32,626 bases of DNA from Octopus sinensis (lineage: Eukaryota), in contig NW_021829599.1 in assembly GCF_006345805.1 (NCBI RefSeq), positions 1-32,626 on the forward strand, written 5' to 3'. The notes below the pieces were generated by a model that was not told the origin of the DNA, did no database searches, and was given only the letters and a program-made list of their open reading frames with translations. Below, one piece after another: positions 24,106 through 32,626 of this stretch; within the stretch, counting starts at the first letter, position 1, and the number at the start of each line of letters is the position of its first letter. Both the position numbers and the translations under genes were made by a program.

Positions 24106-24473
24106 TAAAAGAAAAAGAAAAAAAAACGGTTGATTTTAATGGTAGTTAATAAAAGATTCTTCGCCAGTTTCAGCTCAAAGCTGTAGCCATGCTGGAGCAG
24201 TGCTGTTGAACTGAAGGATATAGTTTTAATGTTGTTTGTTAAAAACGCAATTATTTTTGCATCATCCTGATACAAAAGAATAGGAAAAGAGACATACAGA
24301 CAGATTTTAGAGATACAAGTTGCCGTCCATTAAGTAGAAGCATAAGAGAGTCTGTATGATAAAATAAATTGATGACATTTGTGGATTTATGTGTACATCT
24401 GGGCATATTTGTATGCATTTATATATGTACATACATTCATACAGACACACACACACATATGCATGTACATTAA

Positions 24474-24517
<44 letters not shown>

Positions 24518-24590
24518 CATATGTATATGTATGTATGTTATATATATATATATATATATATACATACACACACACATATATATATATATA

Positions 24591-25030
24591 TGTAAAAGTA
24601 AAAAAAAAAAATATACAAACTGGGACAAGAATGTGAAACATTTAGAAGACAACACAAAAACCATGGACGGGACATTCGAAGCCCTCAATCATCAGTCAAG
24701 AACCGGATCATCTTCGCAATTTCGGCTGATTAATCTTGAGATTGCTCCGATCTGGGCAGCCCCCAAGGGAAATCTAAGCCAAGCGCATTAGGTTCCTTGG
24801 AAGAAAGCCTCGAATGTATACAAATGTTACACAAATAAAAATACAAAAATACGTAAAAACAATAATGATAGCACGAATAAGAATACAAAATACGTAAAAA
24901 CAATAATGGTAAGGATAACAACAAAAACCAGGACGTAAGGACAAGCGTCTTTTCGACAGGACGAGTTAAGTTTTGAGCTGGCTATAGAAGAGTGCCTTAA
25001 GGCCACAGAGAACAAACAAATGTGTCTTGC
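24591..25030 (-). mobile_element. Probable PLE-type 3'/pLTR fragment abutting (TA)n
   Basis: Terminal ~45 bp TGTAAAAGTAAAA..TATACAAACTGGGACAAGAA(T/C)GTGAAA is repeated at 25427-25469. Family assignment rests on architecture only. Confidence 0.4.
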
Positions 25031-25104
25031 CACAATGACTGCTGGATGCGAAAAGGCAGTAGTCAGTGGCTGGTCACGTGAGGACAAAAGAGAGGAGAAA
25101 GAGA

Positions 25105-25335
25105 CAGATGAAGAGAGAAAGAAGGGGAACAAGGAACAAGGGAGGAGAAGAAAGAGAGGGAAAGAGACAGATCAAGTGGAGTGTAAGGTGTGAGAGGCAG
25201 AGAAATGTAGGAGAGGGGGGACAGATGAAGAGAGAAAGAAAGAAGGGGAACAAGGGAGAAGAAGAAGAAAGAGAGAGAAAGAGACAAATCAAGGGGAGTG
25301 CAAAGGGTGAAGGCAGAGAAATGAAGGAGAGGGGG
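25105..25335. repeat. GA-rich two-copy tandem duplication (~113-bp unit)
   Basis: ACAGATGAAGAGAGAAAGAA..GGCAGAGAAATG.AGGAGAGGGGG occurs twice in tandem. Confidence 0.8.
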
Positions 25336-25469
25336 GGAAGAGACAGTGTAGTAGAGTTGTACCAATGTTAAAGAGTATATACTTACGTATAGGGTCAAAA
25401 AGGGGTACGTAGCCACCATGTATATATGTAAAAGTAAAAAAATATACAAACTGGGACAAGAACGTGAAA

Positions 25470-25935
25470 TGAACAAACACAACATACCAGACGAGCAACC
25501 GCAGTGTCCCTTGCTAACTACTTGATAATTTCTTATGAAGATTTTATCCTATTTTTAAATTTATATTTTTCATTGGAACAGTTCAATACCGAATTTTGTT
25601 CTGAATAAGCACGTTGTTACCGAAATGCAATTCGAAAAACCCGCCATTTACATAGATGTGTAGGGATGAACATTCCTATATGCTGCGAGGGACACTGCGG
25701 TTGCTCGTCTGGTATGTTGTGTTTGTTCATTCATATATATCTTGAGTTCGTTGCACTGAAGAACATAAAATGCATATACTGCATTGATTGCGAAATCACA
25801 GGTGATATGTAACTAAATTCTGTTTTTAAATGACTCACCTCGAAGACTGCATTCGGTACAATTTGTTTATTTTTGGTAGTTTTGACTTTAAAAGTCCCTC
25901 CTAGCGTGCGGCATCTATGTGTAATAGTGCCCTCT
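25470..25935 (+). mobile_element. PLE pLTR-like element, copy 1, with inverted 5' segment
   Basis: Perfect 42-bp IR 25470-25511 / 25688-25729. 25512-25686 is the reverse complement of 29614-29789, and 25690-25935 is colinear with 29792-30040. Confidence 0.8.
25744..25820 (+). ncRNA. Candidate full-size type I hammerhead ribozyme
   Basis: GAGTT-c-GTTGCA CTGAAGA(25756-62) aCAtaa-AATGCA-tatac-TGCATT-gatTGc GAAA(25792-95) TCAC-ag-GTGA TA| TGTAAC-ta-AATTC. Stem I 6+5 bp with an internal loop, stem III 4-5 bp, AUA triplet. Confidence 0.75.
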
Positions 25936-26168
25936 ATATAATATATATATATGTATATATATATATATGTATACATATATATATACATATATATATATAT
26001 ATATGGTTAAGTAATTGAGATTCTAGTGAATTCTAAAGAATTCACATGAATATGGTCCAAAGTACGAGTACGAGCCATCTGTATTCACTGCATTTTTTGT
26101 AGCTTATTAAAGATGTCCTCGTACGAAACGATCGTACCGAGATTTTAATCCATTCTTGTTGCTTTTTT

Positions 26169-26226
<58 letters not shown>

Positions 26227-26227
<1 letters not shown>

Positions 26228-26545
26228 CATGGTCTGATCAATAAGTATCCAAACTGTCGTCATAGTCATGAAGCTAAAGCACCCAGAGTAAAGCCACTTA
26301 GCAAAAATTGACCAGGATCTCTGCTAGGCCTGTGCATTAAGTTTTAGCATTCTAGCTCACTTCTGCTGTTTACAGCAGTGGTTTGTAGGAAGGTATGTAG
26401 CAGGTGATGATTGCATTGACCCTGACAAAGAAAGTTGTCATGGTGATACCTGCTCAGTGGCCTACACAAAATTGCAAAAAGTGTATGGAGAGGAGTGTAT
26501 GAATCACACGTATGTGTACGAGTGTTTCATACCTAGGCCCAGCAA
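26227..26545 (+). mobile_element. Mariner 5' end (TIR plus transposase N-terminal HTH), truncated
   Basis: TA-CATGGTCTGATCAATAAGTATCC terminus. GDTCSVAYTKLQKVYGEECMNHTYVYECF resembles the mariner DNA-binding N-terminus. Confidence 0.7.
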
Positions 26546-26762
26546 AAAACTGATGTCCTGGAATTTTAATTTTTTTTTTGTTTTTGAAAGATCAGAACAT
26601 CTGCAAATAAGTACATCCTCTGAATCTAATATAAATTTACCTACAAACCATATTAATTCATTTCAAATAATTTCTTTCATCAAATACTTCTTTATTCATT
26701 GTTTCATGTATCTTTTTTTGCTTCTTATAAAATATAATGTAATTTAATGTAGTTTTAAACAC

Positions 26763-26806
26763 ATAGCACTGATGAGACACAATAGCGTTGAAATAGATGT
26801 GTCTAC
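26763..26806 (+). ncRNA. Degenerate hammerhead-like motif
   Basis: ATAGCA CTGATGA(26769-75) GAC-acaatagc-GTT GAAA(26790-93) TAGATGT GTC. Core intact, stem I poor. Confidence 0.35.
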
Positions 26807-26991
26807 AAATACGACAGCAGTGAATGATGAAGTTGAAGCTAAATTAAATTTTAGGTATAAATGTATGATGTAGATTATTTAATTATTGCCAAAGAATAAA
26901 GGTTAGGATCTAGTCATTGCTCCCTTGAAAAGAAACTGAACAACTAATAAGCAGATTATATGTGTGCATGCGTGTGCGGGGGTGTGTGTGC

Positions 26992-27037
<46 letters not shown>

Positions 27038-27239
27038 AATATGTACAGTGTATGCATGCATACACTTGAAAATGTACATAAGTATATATATAAATTCATA
27101 TAGCTATGTATATGTGTGTGTGTGTGTGTATACATATGTATATATACACACACATATATAAAAATTTTAAATATTTCTGTATATATAAATATATTTGTGT
27201 GAATATATGCATACATGCATGTGTGTACATATATATATA

Positions 27240-27274
<35 letters not shown>

Positions 27275-27965
27275 CGTGTGTGTGTGTGTGTGTGCATATG
27301 TGAATAAACACACATACACACATAAAAATATGTGTACATACATGCACACATACACATATATATTTATACACCTTCATATATGTATATACATATGTAAGTG
27401 CATACATATAGATGTGTGTGTATGTATGCATGCATATATATATATATACATATGCATACATATATAAGTGTGTAGATATGCACACACACACACACACACA
27501 CAGACACATAAACACATACATAGACACATAAACACACACCTATCTATATATTTATCTGCAGTAAAGATGTTTCAGTGTTATCTCCTTCAGTAATGGTCAC
27601 AGTCATCAGAGGAGGCAAGAGGTGGAGGAGGAGGTAGAGGAGGAGGTAGAGGAGGGTGGGGTTATCAGTCAATAATTGAGGCAATAACCAGACAGGAAAT
27701 TTGCTTAGGTTTCATCAATGGCTAATCATATATGTATACTTTCAACACTTCACTGTACGTATGCATGTATATGTATATATGTATGTATATGTATATGTAT
27801 GTATATGTATATGTATGTATATGTATATGTATGTTTATGTATGTATATGTATGTATATGTATGTATATGTATATGATCATATATACATACATACATATAT
27901 AATATATATGTATGTGCATATATATATATGTGTGTGAGCATATATATAAAAGAATATATACATAG

Positions 27966-28039
<74 letters not shown>

Positions 28040-28047
28040 CATATATA

Positions 28048-29512
28048 TCATCATCATCATCATCATCGTTTAACGTCCGTTCTCCATGCTAGCATGGGTT
28101 GGACGATTCGACTGGGGATCTGGGAAGCCAGAAGGCTGCACCAGGCTCCAGTCTTATTTGGCAATGTTTCTACAGCTGGATGCCCTTCCTAACGCCAACC
28201 AATCCGTTAGTGTAGTGGGTGCTTTTTACGTGCCACCTGCACAGGTGCCAGGCAAGGCTGGCAACGGCCACGGTCGGATTGGTGCATTTTATGTGCCACC
28301 GGCACGGAAGCCAGTCGAGGCAGCACTGGCATCGGCCAAGATTCGGATGGTGCTTTTTACGTACCACCTGTCCAGGGGTCCTGGTATCTGCCAGGTGCCA
28401 GTCATAGGATTGGTTCAATTTCGATTTCGATTTCGATTTCACTTGCCCCAACAGGTCTTCGCAAGCAAAGGGGGGTTGGCATAGGTGCCTGTTGTCGGAT
28501 GAGGTTCGATATCGACTTCGCTTGCCTCAACAGGTCTTTGTGTGTCCAAGGGAAGAAAGGCATGCATAAGTGGGCTGGACTCACTTGTCCTGCCTGGTCT
28601 TCTCACGCACAGCATATTTCCAAAGGTCTCGGTCGCTGGTCATTTCCTCAGTGAGGCCTAAAGTTCGAAGGTCGTGCTTCACCACCTTGACCCAGGTTTT
28701 CCTGGGTCTACCTCTTCCACGGGTTCCCTCAACTGCTAGGGATTGGCACTTTTTCACACACCTATCTTCATCCATTCCTGCCACATGACCATACCAGCGC
28801 AATCGTCTCTCTTGCACACCACAACTGATGCTTCTTAGGTCCAACATTTCTCTCAAGGTACTAACGCTCTGTCGAGTATGCACACTGACATTACACATCC
28901 ATCGGAGCATACTGGCTTCATTCCTTGCGAGCTTACACATGTCCTCAGCAGTACGGCCCATGTTTCACTGCCATGTAGCATGGCTGTTCATACACATGCA
29001 TCATACAGTCTGCCTTTTACTCTGAGTGAGAGGCCTTTAGTCACCAGCAGAGGTAAGAGCTCCCTAAACTTTTCCCAGGCTATTCTTACTCTAGCAGTTA
29101 CACTTTCAGAGCACCCACCCCACTACTGACTTGGTCACCTAGATAACGGAAGCTATCAACTATTTCTAGTTTTTTCCCCTGGAAAGTGACGGAAGTTGTT
29201 TTCTGTAGATTTTCAGAGTTTATTGCTCCTGAGCATCTGCCACATACAAAAACTATCTTTCCAGTTAGCCTTCCTTTGACATTGCTGCACCTCTTATGTG
29301 TCCATAGCTGACACTGGGTACATCTTATAGAGTTTCTACCTACATCTTTTCTATAGATCGAGCAGGGCCATCTTCCTGAAGACATTTGTGGTTTGTCTAC
29401 CTTCCTACTTATTAGTACTTTGGGTTTAGCTAGGTTGACTCTAAGGCCCCTCGATTCTAATCCCTCCTTCCACACCTGGAACTTCTCCTCTAGTTCTGAT
29501 AGTGACTCCATC
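28048..29512 (-). mobile_element. 5'-truncated RTE-clade LINE (RT C-terminal half, 3' UTR, (GAT)n tail), inactive
   Basis: ESLSELEEKFQVWKEGLESRGLRVN..FRYLGDQ, then ARVRIAWEKFREL..LYDACV*TAMLHGSETW, then MLRWM..RRLRWYGHV..GRGRPRKTW..DRDLW. Two frameshifts and one stop. The copy is truncated just after the YADD position. Confidence 0.93.
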
Positions 29513-29549
29513 ATCACCGTCACCAACCAGGCTATCAGATGTTGCTACA

Positions 29550-30150
29550 CATCGCTGATCACAATGCGTCTCGCATTGTTTTAGCCTTCAAATGATGCCA
29601 CCCAGCTGGCTAAGCAGCATATAGGAATGTTCATCCCTACACATCTATGTAAATGGCGGGCTTTTTGAATTGCATTTCAGTAACAACGTGCTTATTCGGA
29701 ACAAAAATTCAGTATTGAACTGTTCCGATGAAAAATATAAATTTAAAAATAGGATAAAATCTTCATAAGAAATTATCAAGTAGTTAGCGGTGGACACTGC
29801 GGTTGCTCGTCTGGTATGTTGTGTTTGTTCATTCATATATATCTTGAGTTCGTTGCACTGAAGAACATAAAATGCATATACTGCATTGATTGCGAAATCA
29901 CAGGTGATATGTTACTAAATTCTATTTTTAAATGACTCGCTTCGAAGATTGTATTCGGTACAATTTGTTTATTTTTGGTAGTTTTGACTTTAAAAGTCCC
30001 TCCTAGCATGCGGCATCTATGTATAATAGTGCCCTCTATATAATATAAATAAATATTTTCAAGTTGAAAAAATTTACAGATTTTTTCTCTTACGAGGTTT
30101 TTTCACGCTAACTACTTGATAATTTCTTATGAAGATTTTATCCTATTTAA
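29550..30150 (+). mobile_element. PLE pLTR-like element, copy 2, with 43-bp inverted piece downstream
   Basis: Same family as 25470-25935. 30106-30148 is the reverse complement of 29747-29789. Confidence 0.75.
29846..29922 (+). ncRNA. Second copy of the full-size type I hammerhead candidate
   Basis: Identical core and stems II/III to 25744-25820 (CTGAAGA at 29858-64). One U-U mismatch in stem I (TGTTAC). Confidence 0.7.
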
Positions 30151-30161
30151 AAAAAAAATAC

Positions 30162-30196
<35 letters not shown>

Positions 30197-30197
30197 C

Positions 30198-30307
<110 letters not shown>

Positions 30308-30320
30308 GTATATATATATA

Positions 30321-30940
30321 GTTGCAGGAGTGGCTGCATGGTAAGTAGCTTGCTTACTAATCACATGGTTCCAAGTTCAGTCCCACTGTGTGGCACCTGG
30401 GCAAGTGTCTTCTACTATAGCCTCGGGCAAACCAAAGCCTTGTGAGTAGATTTGGTAAAAGGAAGCTGAAAGAAGCCCTCATATATATATATATATTATA
30501 TATATATATATATATAGTTAATCCAAACAAGAAAACACAAAAAAACACAACAACGCGAAGACGTGGAACAAATATAGTATTATTGGATGCTCAGGAAAGA
30601 AGGGAAGAAGGAGGTTTAACGTTTTGAGCGGAGCTCTTTGTTGGAAACACAGGAGAAGGAAAGATCCCGAGTAGGGAAGACAGAGGAAAAAAATTGCCAA
30701 GGGTACACATGAGGTCATATATGTGTACATATTTGTATATCTGGGTACATCCCCCACCATCACCTGACAACTGATGTTGATGTGTTTACCTCCCCATAAT
30801 TTAGCAGTTTGACAAAAGAAACCTATAGAATAAGTACTAGGCTTATAAAGAATAAGTCCTGGGGTCAATTTCTTCAACTAAATGTTTTACTCCAGCATGG
30901 CTTCAGTCAAATGACTGAAACAAGTAAAAGAATGAAAGAA
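30321..30940 (+). mobile_element. SINE family A with PLE-like insertion (30515-30715) in its internal (TA)n
   Basis: Head 30321-30480, 3' half 30740-30940. The insert is homologous to 19365-19560. Confidence 0.8.
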
Positions 30941-30946
30941 TATATA

Positions 30947-31270
30947 TTCTTTTAATTGTTTCAGTCATTTGACTGAGGCCATGCAGGAGCACCACACTTA
31001 GTCGAACAAGTCTACCCCAGGACTTACTCTTTATAAACCTAGTACTCATTCTATTGGTCTTTTTTGCTGAACTGCTAAGTTACAGGGATGCAAACACACC
31101 AACATTGGTTGTCAAGCGATGGTGGGGTAACAAACACAGATGCACAAATACATACATATATATGTATGTATATATGCGATGGGCTTCTTTCAATCCACTC
31201 ACAAGGTTTTGGTCAGCCCGAGTCTATAGGAGAAGATACTTGCCGGTGGTGCCATGCAATGGGACTGCTC
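30947..31270 (-). mobile_element. SINE family A, 5'-truncated
   Basis: Reverse complement of the family A body and tail. Confidence 0.8.
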
Positions 31271-31494
31271 CATAAATATGTGACCACTGGTTAAGCATCT
31301 ATAAGGTGCTTAGTTGTATAGGTAACTTGTCAGATGCAAATAGTTGGAAACCAGTTGAGTCTTTCTTTTTCTAGTGCAAAACGAATGGTCATTCTCTAAC
31401 TGGCTATAACAAAAAAAACTTCTAAGTATACTAATGCTCTAATGTTTTAGATTGTGCTTCTTTTTGGGGTATATGAAGTACTGACCGATATATA

Positions 31495-31910
31495 TTCTTT
31501 TACTCTTTTACTCTTTTACTTGTTTCAGTCATGTTACTGTGGCCATGCTGGAGCACCGCCTTTAGTCGATCAAATCGACCCCAGGACATATTCTTTGTAA
31601 GCCTAGTACTTATTTTATCAGTCTCTTTTTTGCCGAACCACTAAGTTACGGGGACGTAAACACACCAGCATCGGTTGTCAAGCGATGTTGGGAGGACAAA
31701 TACAGACACACAAACACACACATACATATATATATATATACATATACACGACTGGCTTCTTTTCAGTTTCCGTCTACCAAATCCACTCACAAGGCTTTGG
31801 TCGGCCCGAGGCTATAGTAGAAGACACTTACCCAAGGTGCCACGCAGTGGGACTGAACCCGGAACCATGTGGCTTGTAAGCAAGCTACTTACCACACAGC
31901 CACTCCTACG
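31495..31910 (-). mobile_element. SINE family A, full length
   Basis: Well-preserved reverse-complement copy. A further 5'-half remnant lies at 31935-32075. Confidence 0.9.
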
Positions 31911-32125
31911 TCTATATATATACATATATATATTTTTGAGGGGCTTCTTTCAGTTTCCTAGTACCAAATTCACTCAAAGTACTTTGGTAAATCTGGGACT
32001 GTAACGGAAGACACTTGCCCAGTGTGCCATGTAGTGGGACTGAAATCAAACCTCATGCTTAGGAAGTAAGCTTTTAAGTACCCTATACCATGCTTGTGTG
32101 AATAGAATTAATATATGTACATGAA

Positions 32126-32158
<33 letters not shown>

Positions 32159-32281
32159 CTATATATTTACATATATTATTTCTGTAGATATACATGCCCA
32201 AAAAGGGATACACACACTTATGTTTATATATTACATGCACGTGTATGTATGTATGGATGGATAAATGTATATAGTTATGCA

Positions 32282-32626
32282 TGGAAGAGGTAGACCCAGG
32301 AAGACATGGGGTGAGGTGTTGAAGCACAACCTTCGAACATTAGGCCTCACCGAGGCAATGACTAGTGACCGAGACCTTTGGAAATATGCTGTGCTTGAGA
32401 AGACCTGGCAAACCAAGTGAGACCATAACCTCGTGGCCTATGCCAGGGGTGTAACCAGCCCACTTATGCATACCTTTCCTTCATTGGGCACTAAATTCTG
32501 CTTGCACAGACCTGTTGAGGCAAGTGAAATCGAAATCAAATTCAATTACTGGCATCCGTGCTAGTGGAGTGCTAAGAGCACCATCCGTGTGTGATCGTTG
32601 CCAAAGCAGCAGACTGGCTTCCATGC
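32282..32626 (+). mobile_element. RTE LINE 3' end (ORF terminus plus start of 3' UTR), runs off the window
   Basis: GRGRPRKTWGEVLKHNLRTLGLTEAMTSDRDLWKYAVLEKTWQTK*, same family as 28048-29512. Confidence 0.9.

Larger units (their letters stand above)
21720..24272 (+). mobile_element. Fragmented Hsmar1-like (cecropia-type) mariner pseudogene with nested insertions
   Basis: Ordered remnants: LYEF (~21750), FQNFR..SLE..IDNNQLRA (~21873-21963), VCDEKWILYD (23188-23217), IAEKY (~23315), YSPELS (~23495), YATQIN (~23635). The 3' TIR AAAAACGCAATTATTTTTGCATCATCCTGA+TA (24241-72) matches the Hsmar1 TIR as I recall it at 25/30. 5' TIR not found. Confidence 0.75.

Noticed and set aside
24660-24700. Minus-strand CTGATGA TTGAGGGCTTC GAAT..GTC
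   Set aside because: No foldable stem II, GAAT instead of GAAA, and no stem I.
27565-27612. Minus-strand CTGATGA..ACACT GAAA CATC
   Set aside because: Stem II base mismatched and no stem III/NUH/stem I. Too weak.

Overview
Eukaryotic, AT-rich, microsatellite-saturated non-coding DNA. The repeat families match what I recall from Octopus (coleoid cephalopod) genomes, so the species call is recognition, not a search result. I found no supportable host-gene exon. Nearly all ORFs in the supplied track are translations of simple repeats. The only real coding remnants are transposon fossils: two CR1-type LINE 3' ends, two RTE LINE copies, a Penelope-like (PLE) GIY-YIG tail, a fragmented Hsmar1-like mariner carrying nested insertions, and another mariner 5' end. 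Non-autonomous elements include about 15 tRNA-head SINE copies from 3 families, mariner and Tigger MITEs, a Helentron-type HINE and a foldback element. The most interesting layer is invisible to the ORF track: about ten type I hammerhead-ribozyme (HHR)-like motifs from several unrelated sequence families. Four have intact catalytic cores (4170-4215, 18762-18821, 25744-25820, 29846-29922). They sit in PLE pseudo-LTR-like pieces with inverted or tandem architecture, and one heads a ~167-bp tandem repeat reminiscent of a non-LTR retrozyme. All folds were read by eye and none was computed. TE boundaries are approximate (about +/-20 bp).
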